Assembly: GCF_963921235.1 (NCBI RefSeq)
Contig: NC_086108.1
Coordinates: 78,618,001-78,682,000, forward strand
DNA length: 64,000 nt
DNA from: Mobula hypostoma
Taxonomy: Eukaryota
Reading direction: 5' to 3'
Positions within the stretch are counted from its first letter, which is position 1; the number at the start of each line of letters is the position of its first letter. The notes beneath the pieces are model-generated. The model worked only from the letters and a program-made list of their open reading frames with translations, did not search any database and was not told where the DNA came from. Both the position numbers and the translations under genes were made by a program. Of this stretch, positions 24,291 through 37,860 are shown piece after piece.

Positions 24291-24934
24291 ACACCTTGGT
24301 ACCACTGAAATCTTCCTCGTTCATAGTTCATGCCACCAGGTTTGTTGTATGTGCATTCGTGCAGTAACTGCGTAAAAATCATTTTTCCAGAGCCGCGCAC
24401 CTTTTCGAGACCACTCCTGGTTCAGTCTAAGTATTGTGGCTTCAATCAAGAAAGCTGTGGATTCAATTTTCATTGTAGAAGCTTGAGCAGAAACCCCAGG
24501 CTGACCCTCTAAGGCATCACTATGTGGGACTACTAATTAGATATGCTAACTTCTTGATGAGCTGCTGAACCAATGTCCCATCTGCTCTTTCAGGGAGATG
24601 CATGAAAAATTTTATGGCACAATTTTTTGAGAAGTAGCACAACTCATTCAGCATCTCCTGGCCATTATTTATCTCAAACTCATCATCACTTAAAATAAAT
24701 TATTACAAACCACTCATTACCTCATTGCTGCTTATTGAAACTGTTCTGCAAATTGCCAGCTGTGTTTTATATGATATAAAAGCAATTATCTGCATTGCCT
24801 GTGATGCTCTTTGGGACATTCTGACCATGATATAAATATAATTATTGTTCTCATATATTTTGTATATAAATATTTTCCTTTTGGTGTAATAAGAAGCACA
24901 CACCAAACCACAGTGATTCGAAAGACAAGTATGA

Positions 24935-25365
24935 TTCCAGGTTAACATATGAGGAGCATTTGATGGCTCTGGGCCTGTACTTATTGGAGTTTAGAAGAAT
25001 GAGGGGAGATCGCATTGAAACCTATTGAATTTTGAAAGGCCTAGATAGAGTGGATGTGAAGAGGATCTTTCCTATAGTGGGAAAGTCTGGGACCATAGGG
25101 CACCACCTCAGAATAGAGATGCCCATTCAGAACACAATGGGGAGAAAGTTCTTTAAGCAGAGGCTGGTGAATCTGTGGAACTCAATGCCACAGATGACTG
25201 TGGAGGCCAAATCGTTGGGTATATTTAAAGTGAAATTTGATAGTTTCTTGATTAGACAGGAAAAAGGTATGGGGAGGAGGCAGGAGAAGGAGCTTGAGAG
25301 GGACAGTAAATCAGCCATGATGGAATGGCAGAGCAGACCTGATGGGTTAAATGTCCTGTGGTATT
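24935..25365 (+). mobile_element. CR1 3' fragment
   Basis: KGLDRVDVKRIFP...KFFKQRLVNLWNSMP. Confidence 0.8.
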
Positions 25366-25499
25366 ATAAACATAAATTATACACAACGTTTACAAGAATA
25401 AAAAATAAAGGAACAAAAAGGTCCATTTTATTGCAAGGTGGTCAAAGAGAAGATGGTGTTATTAAACTGGAGTGATCAAGGATTTGTTTGTTTTTTCAG

Positions 25500-25990
25500 G
25501 AACTGAATGGCTGAAGGAAAGTATCTGTTCCTGAACATTTTGGTGTGAAACTTCAGGCTTTTGTACCTCCTACTTGATGGTAGCTACAAAAAGATAGCTT
25601 GACCTAAGTAGTGGGAATTTATAAATGATAGATGCTGCCTTCTAGAGGAAATAACTCCTGTAGATACTACTAATGGTGGGCAGGGAATGTGCCCATGATG
25701 TATTGGGCAAAGTGCACTACTCTGCAGTTTCTGATGTTTCTGTACATTTGAAATGCTGTACCAGACCATGATACAACCAGTCAGGATTCTTTCCAACAGT
25801 ACTCCTGTGAAAGTTTATTAGAGTGTCCAATGACAAACCAAATCTCCTTAACCTCCCAAGTAAAGACACTGGTGCACTTTCCTTATGTGCTTGGCTCAGA
25901 ACAGGTCATCAAATATGCTAATACCCAGGAACTTAAAGCTGCTGATTCTCCCCACTTGCAATTCCCAATGTAGACTGGGTATGTTTGCCC
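25500..25990 (-). mobile_element. Degraded Rex1/Babar fragment
   Basis: ERILTGCIMVWYS; cccaggaacttaaagctgct. Confidence 0.65.
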
Positions 25991-28900
25991 ACCTTCGGCT
26001 TCTTGACAATGTTCACCCCCCCCCCCCGCCAACACATGCTCAATGGTTATGTGATGTTATGTCATGTTTAAATTTAGAGACGATGCATTGTTCAATTTCT
26101 GATTCTAATCAAGATATTCAAGTGTTATGGGGACCCTTTCTGAACTACTTTGAAAATCTTTGAATTGTTATTGTTATTAAAATATAGATCTGGGCTTTTA
26201 TTATAAAACACTATATGGTAAAGTACTTTTTTTTTGTTTTTTTTTAACCAACCAGCTTTGCCTTGGTAATGGGTGCAGATTTTTTAATATAATATAATTA
26301 ACCATATTATTGTATTTCATAATTCAATTTATTTTATTTAATAATGAATATGGGATACCGTGATTGTATCAGAGTGATTTATATATAGTGCATTATGTGC
26401 TATCTTATTTTGAAGTATCCTTATGAATTCTGTACTTTCTTTCTTTTTCCAATATTTTTATTAAATTTATTAAATTTCATATACATGTTTCCTCTAATTT
26501 GTAATGACCAGTGTGCACAAAAATCTTGTGCTGGGCTATTTTTTGCCAGTGACAACAAGTGCGCACTGAATTTTTGAGTGGAAGTAAACCTGGAGCTATT
26601 CAAGGATAATAAACTACCAAGTCAAGTTTGTTTTTCATTGTTTAAAACAAATAAAATAACTGTTAATAAGAGCTTTGATCGCCTCTGGGTTTGATCGTTT
26701 TTGCTCTTGTTCATCTGCACTCTCACAAAACATACATACTAGGCCTGTAGCAGGAAATGAAGGATTTTCTTGCTGGAGCTTTTGGACACTGTCCATATGT
26801 GATCTGCTTGCTAAATGACGCTTTAAAAAATCAAGTTTCCAAAATCACTCCACTTCTTCCCACTTGCAAATTCTCCAGCAACTTTTGCATCGTGACAATA
26901 CACGCAGGAAGTATTTCTCCTAGCTGCATGTTCCTGACTTCATGAGCTTTTGGTGCCTACTGTTTCATTAAGCTATTCCTCTTTAAATGAACGAGCAGTT
27001 CTTTTGCACTTCAAGCCCTCTGCTTCTTTGGAATTTGACATGGTGAATCAATAATTTCTTCAATAAAAACAGTATAAACAAGCCAGTTCTAAAATCCACA
27101 GACTAATCATCACAAACTCCACATTGCCAACACCGTCTGCATCAGAAACTGGAAAAGGAAGCGTAATTGTGTATGGTCACGAAATACACTTACTGTAACA
27201 TGCCAACAAGATAGAGTGTGGCAACCTTTTGTCCATAGTTTAAATACCTTTGTGTGCTAGTAGCAAAAGATGTACGCTCACGCCTTAGAGGGAACATTGC
27301 TTCTTGTTGTCAAGAATCAGCTCCTTACTTTTGCTGATGTTGAGCGAGAGGCTGTTTTTGCAGCACCACTTAACCAGCTTAAATAAATCTGCTTTCAGTT
27401 AATACTAACAATTATAGGTTGAGACTGCTGGAGCTCCAATCTGACCCATTTAACACCATCAGCAATGTTGCCAAATTTATCCTGCTGTTATTTGTCAGGA
27501 TTACAATGTCATAGCTAACCATTCCCATCCATCTTCACATATTTGCTCGCTTCAGGACAAATCAGATGTGGTGTATGACACCAGAAGGTGAATGGCATTA
27601 ACTGAACAGAACTTTCATAGCTTTGGAAGCAGCCTTTAGCATTACTGTCAATCTTTCAGTACAGTTCCTTATTTAGTCTGGTCCAATCAGCATTATTTCA
27701 CAAATTTTGTCTGACATTCTCAGTGTTTCCAGCAGTATATATTTTTATTTCAGACTTCCAGCATCTGCAATTTTTTGATGTTCGTGTACTGTTGAATGCA
27801 CTGCATCTTCTCTTCTGGTAATGCCACCTTTAATGAAGTTCTCCTCTGGATTACCATCTGTTTCAACCCTTCCTTAGTAAATGCCTCAGGATTCAAGTCC
27901 AGATTCAATCATCGATTCCAAATGAAATTTCATTCTTCACAATACGGATCCACCCAGGAACTCAGGAACGTTTTGCAAATCTTGAGGGGATGCTCTCATC
28001 ACATCCTGAGATCCATGTTCAGTGACAGGCATCATCACATGCAACCTGCTAACCTCTCTCTGCTATGGCACTCTTCACTTTATCTAAGAGCTGCCTTGGC
28101 ATGCAGTTCCACTTTATTACTCACCGTGCTTCTTCCTCCCTTTCTGACATCAAAAATTTTGAACTCAAATCTCCTCTAGATTCTTCTCTCCTTTCACTTT
28201 CTGCTGTCCTAATTTCTCCGACGCAGCACCACCCTCTGCTGTTTTAACCATCCCTTTTGTTCGCCCTTTCCCTTGTGCTGAATAATTAGTCCTCAAGAGA
28301 GAATTCAGCTTTGCCCCATGTCCTCATCGTAAGTTCATTCTGAACCCGACATAACATTTAGCTCTCCTTCTGACTCCTCTACCCCCTGTCCATTTCTTTG
28401 GTAGGGGCCTTATCCAAGACCATGGACCCTTTGTTGTCTTGAGAATTTAGAATCCATCCAGATCCCTCTGACATTTTACTCTCTCTATATCTACTGATTA
28501 CTAACTGGTGATGAGACAGTGGCTTCCTTAATTTGAACTTGCAGCACTCTGCTCACTAGGAACCAATTGCATTCTAACCTGGAACATGCATTTCATTTCT
28601 TCTTCCTGACATACAGCGTGCTTTTAGCATTTTGTATTTTTATTTCAGATTACCGGCAACAGCCTGACTTTTCATTTTTCAACATTATCTCCACAGGAGG
28701 CTCTATTGTTGTTGATAATCTTTCAGTAGGGAGTTAACCATGCACAGGAGATAATTTAGAAAGAGTTGAATGAGATCATTCCTGAAGAGAATATTTCTAA
28801 CACTGCTGCTGCTTCAAGACACTGAACTTATCACCATGGAGTAAGATGGGTAATGTTGAGAAATGGGCAGTGGTGAATGACAGCACGCATCCAATTTTCT

Positions 28901-30087
28901 TTAGCCAAAGTCCTAGGATGGCAGGTGCCAACTCAGCAAATTACTAGATCACTAACTCTAAAAAGTAATCTAACCTTTCCACTGACATAAATAACAAATC
29001 TTGCTGGGCCATGAAATTCATGTAGGAGCCATGTATCTATTTTCTGTCTGTATTGTATTTGTTTTGCATGTTTATTATGGGTAATTTGTCAAGTAGTTTG
29101 GGACATGGGAGAAGCGAACAGCATTGTTACATATTCACACATTGTCTTAGGTTAGTTTAGTCTGATCAGAGTCGGGGAGCAGGCCAATGGAAATGAATTT
29201 TTTGTTTGACTGCTTAACAATGCTTAAATATGCTAAGATCGCTAACACTGTCGCTAAGACCACTTATTTTGTTACATCGCTTGTTTTAGTTTAATTAAAT
29301 TTTTTTATCATTACAAGATTGCTCATCTTTGCTGGTTTCTTAATATAGGACTGAACGTATTTTCTTCAAATATCTTCATTACTGTGGATAGCGTATCATA
29401 CAGTGTCAACACCTATGCTCAGTCTTTGAGTAGTTTCGGTTTGTTTTTCAAGTAACCACTACAATTCAGGTGGGAGAAGTGCTATCCCTGGTATATTTAA
29501 CATGAATTTATGCCACCCCACTCAGTGTGACCACTTCATACTAAAATCCTAACTTCTTTCTCCAACTGAAAACACAAAAAATTGTTGGCAAAATAGAAGT
29601 ATGGAATATGAAGCATCACATAGCTTCACTCCAAACAAACACTGATGTGTAATTCGATAATGAGGAAATAGTACATTGTGTCAGCAACACTGTCAAACCC
29701 ATTCACCTCGTCACTCTGTTGTTGTCTTTCTGACAGCTAAAAGAAGTGCTGCCCCTCAGCTCCAGCAACCCGAATTCAATCCTGCCCTCCCACGCTGGCA
29801 GTATGGGGTTTAGAGATCCTTCTTAACCACTTCCCTCCCATTTCTCCAAGGCGTGAAAGTGGGTAGGCTTGCAAGGATGCACCCCCTTGAAAGATGTTCT
29901 GATATCAGCCTCCGAGATAGATATCACAGGATCGTCAGATGCTGTAGGGATTCATAAGCATAAAGTTTTATTCTCCGTTTCAAAAGGGGTATCAAATTTG
30001 TTTAGCTCATTGGGGAGTGAAGCATCACGGCCACTTCTAATGTTAGATTTCACCTTTCAGGAAGTAATGGCCCGCAAACGCTGCCAT

Positions 30088-32380
30088 AAAAACATAGAAA
30101 ATAGGTGGAGTAGGCCATTCGGCCCTTCGAGCCTGCACCGCCATTCAGTATGATCATGGCTGATCATCCAACTCAGAATTCTGTACCTGCCTTCTCTCCA
30201 TACACCCTGATCCCTTTAGCCACAAGGGCCATATCTAACTGCCTCTTAAATATAGCCAATGAACTGGTCTCAACTGTTTCCTGTGGCAGAGAATTTCACA
30301 GATTCACCACTCTCTGTGTGAAGAAGTTTTTCCTCATCTCGGTCCTAAAAGGCTTCCCCTTTATCCTCAAACTGTGACCCCTCGTTCTGGACTTCCCCCA
30401 ACATCGGGAACAATCTTCCTGCATCTAGCCTGTCCAATCCCTTTAGGATTTTACATGTTTCAATCAGATCCCCCCTCAATCTTCTAAATTCCAGAGAGCA
30501 CAAGCCTAGCTGATCCAGTCTTTCATCATATGAAAGTCCTGCCATCCCAGGAATCAATCTGGTGAACCTTCTTTGTACTTCCTCTATGGCAAGAATGTCT
30601 TTCCTCAGATTAGGGGACCAAAACTGCACACAATACTCCAGGTGTGGTCTCACCAAGGCCTTGTACAACTGCTGTAGTACCTCCCTGCTCCTGTACTCGA
30701 ATCCTCTTGCTATGAATGCCAGCATACCATTCGCCTTTTTCACCATCTGCTGTACCTGCATGCCTACTTTCAATGACTGGTGTATAATGACACACAGGTC
30801 TCGTTGCACCTCCCCTTTTTCTAATCTGCCACCATTCAGATAATAATCTGTTTTCCTGTTTTTGCCACCAAAGTGGATAACCTCACATTTATCCACATTA
30901 AATTGCATCTGCCATGAATTTGCCCACTCACCTAACCTATCCAAGTCACCCTGCATCCTCTTAGCATCCTTCTCAGAGTTAACACTGCTGCCCAGCTTCG
31001 TGTCATCCGCAAACTTGGAGATGCTGCATTTAATTCCCTCATCTAAGTCATTAATATATATTATAAACAACTGGGGTCCCAGCACTGAGCCTTGTGGTAC
31101 CCCACTAGTCACTGCCTGCCATTCTGAAAAGGTCCCGTTTATTCCCACTCTTTACTTCCTGTCTGCCAACCAATTCTCTATCCACATCAATACCATACCC
31201 CCAATACTGTGTGCTTTAAGTTTGCACACTAATCTCCTGTGTGGGACCCTGTCAAAAGCCTTTTGAAAATCCAAATATACCACATCCACTGGTTTTCCCC
31301 TATCCACGCTATTAGTTACATCCTCAAAAAATTCTATGAGATTCGTCAGACATGATTTTCCTTTCACAAATCCATGCTGACTTTGTCTGATGATTTCATC
31401 GCTTTCCAAACGTGCTGTTATCACATCTTTGATAACTGACTCTAGCATTTTCCCCACCAGCAATGTTAGGCTAACCGGTCTACAATTCCCCGGTTTCTCT
31501 CTCCCTCCATTTTTATAAAGCCGGGTTACATTAGCCACCCTCCAATCCTCAGGAACTAATCCAGAATCTAAAGAGTTTTGAAAAATTATCACTAATGCAT
31601 CCACTATTTCTTGGGCTACTTCCTTAAGCACTCTGGGATGCAGACCATCGGGCCCTGGGGATTTATCTGCCTTTAATCCTTTCAATTTACCTAACACCGC
31701 TCCCCTACTAACATGTATTTCCTTCAGTTCCTCCATCTCACTAGACCCTCAGTCCCTTACTATTTCCTGAAGATTATTTATGTCCTCCTTAGTGAAGACA
31801 GAACCTAAGTAGTTATTCAATTGGTCTGCCATGTCCTTGTTCCCCATGATCAATTCACCTGTTTCTGATTGTAAGAGACCTACATTTGTCTTAACCAATC
31901 TTTTTTTTCTTTTCACATATCTATAAAAGCTTTTACAGTCAGTTTTTATGTTCCCTGCCAGTTTTCTCTCATAATCTTTTTTCCCTTTCCTAATTAAGCC
32001 CTTTGTCCTCCTCTGCTGGACTCTGAATTTCTCCCAGTCCTCAGGTGAGCCGCTTTTTCTGGCTAATTTGTATGTTTCTTGTTTGGAATTGATACTATCC
32101 CTAATTTCCCTTGTCAGCCACAGGTGCATTACCTTCCCTGGTTTATTCTTTTGCCAAACTGGGATGAACAATTGTTGTAGTTCATCCATGCAACCTTTAA
32201 ATGCTTGCCATTGCATATCCACCGTCAACCCTTTAAGTATCATTTGCCTGTCTATTTTAGCTAATTCATGTCTCATACCTTCAAAGTTACCCTTCTTTAA
32301 GTTCAGAACCTTTATTTCTGAATTAACTATGTCACTCTCCAGCTTAATGAAGAATTCCACGATATTATGGTCTCTCTTAC
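30088..32380 (-). mobile_element. 5'-truncated CR1 LINE, about 2.3 kb, with ORF2 broken into three in-frame pieces
   Basis: ORFs 31749-32396, 31152-31736 (KSPGPDGLHPRVLKE, QHGF, DFQKAFD) and 30345-31148 (SGVPQGSVLGP, FADD). 3' tail aacatagaaaatagg. Confidence 0.95.
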
Positions 32381-32599
32381 CATAAGTGACATTCATCCAA
32401 TTCCATCCCTAATTTCACTTGGAATTACCTCTTTGCTCTTAATATAGCCTTCCGCAGGTTGCAATTAGATGTCCTATAGAGTTCTAGATCAGCAGTCTCA
32501 AATACCACAGATCTAGTCCGAAGGATATTACAAGTCCCCTGGTTCAGCTTCTATATGAAGCAACAGATAGCCTCAGTCCAAACAAATATTGACATGTGA

Positions 32600-32950
32600 T
32601 TTGGCAATGGGGAAAATTGTACATCGTATCAGAAAACAGTGAAACTCATGCACCATGGCTTTTGGTTTGGGTACGAACAGTATATTCTCAAAGGTGCACA
32701 CTCAACTGCGCATGACTTGATGAAGTCAGTGACAACTATGGCATATTCACTCAAATCCTTAGATAAGTCCCTGAATATGGTCCAATCTACTGATTTAGAG
32801 CAATTCTGTAAGCACTCCTCCACCTCCATGGCCCATACCTTTGTGGTCCTCAACACTGGTGCTACAGTCATCAATCTGTGCCTGTATGCTGAGAGTAGAA
32901 GTACAGCCAGATGATTTGACTTGCCAAAGTGCAGGCGTGAGATGGCGTAT
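32600..32950 (-). mobile_element. Rex1/Babar endonuclease-RT linker fragment
   Basis: LQNCSKSVDWTIFRD...EYAIVVTDFIKSC...YPNQKPW. Confidence 0.7.
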
Positions 32951-33487
32951 TTAGACAGAGAGAACTGACAATGTCATTCTCTCAACCTTGCAATTGAAAT
33001 TCTCCCTTCCAAGATTACATCAGGTGCTTCTGCAAATGCTGTTGTTACACAAATAATAGGTTGTGTAAATTTTGTAGGGCACTGTCTGGAATATTTTCTA
33101 CCTCATAACAGTGACTTCAAAGATAGCAAGCTTTAACTGACAAATTACAAACCCAAGCAGATAATTTTATGGAAGTTTCTATCATATTTAAATCAATTTG
33201 ATTCTTTGACATTCTGCTATTTTCAGTATCCTGTAATGAATACAAGGGCTCACACTAGACTTTTCAATTGAAATAATGCTCTTTAAAAAAAAACTCTCAA
33301 GAAAGAAAAAAAAACTCAAGAGAAAAGAAAATTAAGGAGCATAAAGCTGAAGCAAAGAAACTGAACTGCTCACGAGGATGACAGATTTTGCTTTTGGATT
33401 CAGATGCCTACTTCAAAAGACAACCATCGTGCAATGAGCTGCATATAGGCCAGACAAGCTCGGGTGACAGATTTCCTTCCCTAAAGA

Positions 33488-33806
33488 TCATAAAGTCATA
33501 CAGCATGGAACAAAGAATTTCAGTTCAGCGAGTTCTTCACGTACCCATTGACACTAATCCTACTTTAATCTCATTTTATTCTTCCCCACATTACCATCCA
33601 CCGCTCACCTCAAAATAGAAGGAATATTTAAAGTAGCTGGCTAATTTACAAACTTGCATGTCTTTGACAACTGGAAAGAAATCTTAGCACTGGAAGAAAC
33701 CCATGTGGTCACAGGGAGAACATGGAGTCTCCATGCAAGAAGCAGTCGAGGTCAGGACCGAAGTTGTGTCACTGGAACTGTGTGGCAGCAGCTCTACCAG
33801 CTACGC
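33488..33806 (-). mobile_element. Degraded tRNA-derived V-type SINE
   Basis: gaaacccatgtggtcacagggagaac...ctccatgca...gaggtcaggaccgaa...ggcagcagctctacc, the reverse complement of a SINE head and V-domain. Confidence 0.55.
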
Positions 33807-34404
33807 AATGTTCAACTTAGACTTTTCCCAACGAACAGCTTGTTGGGTCATTGCAATAAGTGCTGGGTTTACTTTGCATTAGTGCAGATTCATTTAATTA
33901 CCGTAAGTGCAAAATTCACAGACGCTGAGGTGGGGTTACGAACTTGCGTCTCTAATTTAACTACATTGCTAGTCCAGTAACATGACCTCCTTGGCACTGG
34001 ACACTTCGTAATAAATAAGGCTATTACATATAAGGGACAGCATTAGACTTAATGGCCCCCATTAAACTCAGTCACCTAATTACATCTCTAATATAAATAG
34101 AAACAGCAGGGCACACAAGTCAAATGTGTAGAATTATTGCTTACAGACACTGCCTTTCACTGCCAATCTCTGCTGGAAAGCCTGTTTGTTGAGAAAATGC
34201 ATTAGAAACAGAAGATAGAGCTAAAATGGAGACGATGCAATCTGAAAGCCAGAGTGAAGCTTTCAGATTGCTTAAGTCTGAAGAAGCAAAACAAAAAGAA
34301 GGACGGTGGTCTAGGTGTGGGTCAATGGGACCAGTCAGATTAATAGTTCAGCATGAATTACACGGGCCGAAGTAGCTATAGTGTTCTATGACTCTGTGAC
34401 ATTA

Positions 34405-34750
34405 AGAACATAAGACATACGCAATTCTATCATGGCTGATTTATTGTCCCTCTCAATCCCATTCTCCTGCCTTCTCCCTGTAACCTTTGATGCCATTAGT
34501 AATCAAGAACCTACGAACATCCGCTTTAAATATCCTTATGCCTCCACAACCACCTGTGGCAAAGAATTCCACAGATTTACCAACCTCTGGCTAGAAAAAT
34601 TCTTCCTCATATCTATTCTAAAGGATCATATGTCCTTGTATTCGAGGCTGTGCCCTCTGATCCTAGACTCCTGCACTACTGGAATCATCTTCATGCCCAC
34701 GCTCTACAGGTCTTTCAATATTCGGCAAGTTTCAATCAGATTGCCTCTCA
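34405..34750 (-). mobile_element. CR1 3' fragment
   Basis: catggctgatttattgtccctctcaatccc...aaagaattccacagatttaccaacctctgg. Confidence 0.75.
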
Positions 34751-35154
34751 TGAGATTCCCTGTTCTTGGCTATGATTCTTCTGAAATGCAAATCAGATCT
34801 TTTATTTTGCGTGTGATCCCAACTACCATTTTAGATATTAACTATTTGGTGCAGGCACAATGCACTTTACACCCAATGAGACCTCCACCAAAGAGGTTCC
34901 ACATAAGGTAAATGTCTAATGTCCTTCTAGAGCAACTAGAAGCTTCTGCAGATTCGTCTCACATTTCATTCAATCATGACCCAAACTACTTTAAAGTCAT
35001 GACCTCTGCCATCAAGCAAAACAAACACAGCTGGTGCAGGGGAACACCATCACTAAGCAGGCTCCTCTCCAAGTCACAGATCATCTTCTCGAGAAGTGAA
35101 CAGTTGCAAGATGAATAAGCATTCCTTCAGTATTGCCAGGGAAAAAAATACTTC

Positions 35155-35515
35155 GACACAAGAGATTCTGCCGATGCTGGAAATCCAGAGCAAAACACAC
35201 AACGCAATGCTGGAGTAACTCAGTAGGTCAAGCAGCATCTGTGGAGGGAAATAATTAAGCAGTTGATATTTTGGGCTGAGACCCTTCATCAGGATTGAGA
35301 AAGTGGAGGGGGGAGGCGCAGAGGGAAAGGAGTTTAAACTGACAGGTGATAAGTGAAACTAAGTGAGGGGGAAGATGGGAGGGTGGGGCAGAGGGGAATG
35401 CAGTATGAAGCTGGGAGGAGATAGGTGGAAGAGATAAAGGGTTGAAGGTGTCTAATAGAACAGGAGAGTGGACCACGGGAGAAAGGGCAGGAGGAAGAAC
35501 ATCAGAGGGAGGTGA
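35155..35515 (-). mobile_element. Penelope-like terminal repeat fragment
   Basis: gacacaagagattctgccgatgctggaaatcc...gagacccttcatcagg, followed by a purine-rich tract as in the 20449 copy. Confidence 0.75.
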
Positions 35516-35869
35516 TTTTTAAAGGAGCACTTTTACTAAATGGACCATAGTGGCATAATCCTGCATCTTGTGTATGAATTTAAAAATTCTTGACAGTGGA
35601 GTACTAGCCCTGCTGCATTTTCCTTAAAAAGTCCTATCTTTCTAGAGGCAGATCTAAATACAAGCATTTTTTAAAGGTTAATATAAAGTCTATGAAAAGC
35701 CATGTTAAAGATAAATGTATATTGTAGCATTCCTTCACTTGTCCAGCAGAGAAATCTTTAAACTGTTTCCATCTGCATTGCCATATTTCTCTGTTGATTT
35801 TCAGACTCCCTGTCACCTAACAAAATGGACTATGATCGCACAACTTATTCCTCCAACTTAGTTGTATTA

Positions 35870-36023
35870 CAGGTCGACCTTCACTAATCCAGCACCACTG
35901 GGACCTGAGGAGTGTCGGATTAGTGAAAATGCCTAATTACAGAAGAATCACATTAAGCAGAATCAGTGCCGGATTATGGAAGGAACTGGATTACAGGTAG
36001 TCAGATTAGTGAAGGTCAACCTG
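35870..36023. mobile_element. 154-bp Tc1/mariner (Tigger-like) MITE
   Basis: TIRs caggtcgaccttcactaatc / gattagtgaaggtcaacctg. Left flank TA, right flank TG. Confidence 0.8.
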
Positions 36024-36225
36024 TGCTTTAGAGTTTTAGGAAATCACAAATGCAGTTACTACTGGAGAATAATGCTCCATCTGAAAGGGTCTGGCCACCT
36101 TTGACAATGTGACTGAACCTCTCTGTTTCTGTCACTAGAAGTCACTAGAGACTGAAAAAATTCCAAATTTTTGTAATAATATTGGCTGTTGGTAACAGCT
36201 TGTGCTTACCACCTAGCAGAAGAAG

Positions 36226-36828
36226 AAACTGGAGAAATGAGGAACACTCCGTATACGTATGGACAAGATGGAACTGGGGAAATGAGGAACACTCCGTATA
36301 CAGTAAGGACAAGATCAAACTGGGGAAATGAGGAACACCATATACAGTGTGGAGAAGATGGAACTGAGGAAATGAGGAACACTCCATATACAGTATGGAC
36401 AAGATCAACCTGGGGAAGAGGAACTCCATATACAGTAAGGACAAGATGGAACTGAGGAAATGAGGAACACACGATATAGAGGATGGACAAGATGGAACTG
36501 GGAAAATGAGGAATACTCGATATAGAGCATGGACAAGTTCGAACTGGGGAAATGAGGAACACTCGATATAGAGGATGGACAAGATGGAACTGGGGAAATG
36601 AGGAACACTCAATATGGAGTATGGACAAGATGGAACTGCGGAAATGAGGAACACTCGATATAGAGGATGGACAAGATGGAACTGGGGAAATGAGGAACAC
36701 TCGATATACAGGATGGACAAGATGGAACTGGGGAAATGAGGAACACTCGATATAGAGAATGGACAAGATGGAACTGGGGAAATGAGGAATACTCGATATA
36801 GAGTATGGACAAGTTCGAACTGGGGGAA
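36226..36828. repeat. Minisatellite, 46-bp unit, about 13 copies
   Basis: Unit gaactggggaaatgaggaacactcgatatagaggatggacaagatg; for example, copies start at 36541 and 36587. Confidence 0.95.
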
Positions 36829-37594
36829 GGAGGATAATCAAAAGATAGAGAAAGATCAGGAATGCGAAACTTGGTGCAAATGACAGGATGGTGCTTTCCG
36901 GTGTATGCTACTTCTGAACTAGTATCAACTGGGAAAATAGCAGAATTGAATGACGATTGAGGATGAAAGAGCCAAGAAAACAAAATATGATAACTTCGGA
37001 ATAGAAGTCAAGTATCCAGTGTTGAAAATCTCTACAAAATCCATTGATTTTAGAGACTAATTTTTCACAGCTTGCCCAGTCGATGTAGAACCGTGGACAC
37101 TTACATTTGTAACTACAATTCACTAAGTTGAATGTTATTTCAAGTTCCTCTTCATTCTCCTTAGGAAGCACAGGTTTCGGTGAGCTTCCTTGGCCATGGC
37201 ATCTATGTACTGGTGAAATTCACATGCAGCAATTTGAAGTATTCAAGTCTCTCGACCTTAGCATTGTTAATAAAGAAAGGAGCATGTGCACTGCCCCCTT
37301 TCCTGAAGTCAATGACCAGCTCTTTTTTGTTTTGCTGACATTAAGGGAAAGGCTATCGTCATGACACCACATGTTTCTAAGCTCTCTATCTCCTTCCAGT
37401 AATCCGATTCATTACCATTTTATAATGGCCCACTACTTCATGGATACTCTTCTGCCTCATGTGATTTGGCAGAACAAAGAAACACAGAAGGCTCATTACA
37501 TCAGCTGAATTTTTGACAAAGATGAATCCTCTTAGCTATATTACAGTCCCACAGGTGAATCTGCTGGGCAATGTTGCACGCCACCTTTCCAGCA

Positions 37595-37860
37595 GAATTA
37601 GAATAAAAATCAGGTTTATTATCACTGACATATTCATGAAATGTGTTGCTTTCTGGCAGCAGTACAGTACAAGATATTATACATTACTTTACATTAAAAG
37701 GAAAAAAAATAAACAGTGTGGAAAGAGAAACAGCAAGGTAGTATTCATGGACCATTGAATAACTGACGGCAGAGGGGAAGAAGCTGCTCCTAAAGCATTG
37801 CGTGTGGGTCTTCAGATTTTGCCCTTATGGTAGTAATGAGAAGAGGGCACATCCTTGAAG
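37595..37860 (-). mobile_element. Rex1/Babar 3' fragment
   Basis: aatcaggtttattatcactgaca...gacggcagaggggaagaagctg. Confidence 0.65.

Noticed and set aside
36145..36841. Long repetitive ORFs (191 and 211 aa) and a CRISPR-like periodic pattern
   Set aside because: The units are contiguous 46-bp tandem copies with no unique spacers and no cas genes, in eukaryotic DNA. The unit length is not a multiple of 3, so the ORFs are a by-product of the repeat.
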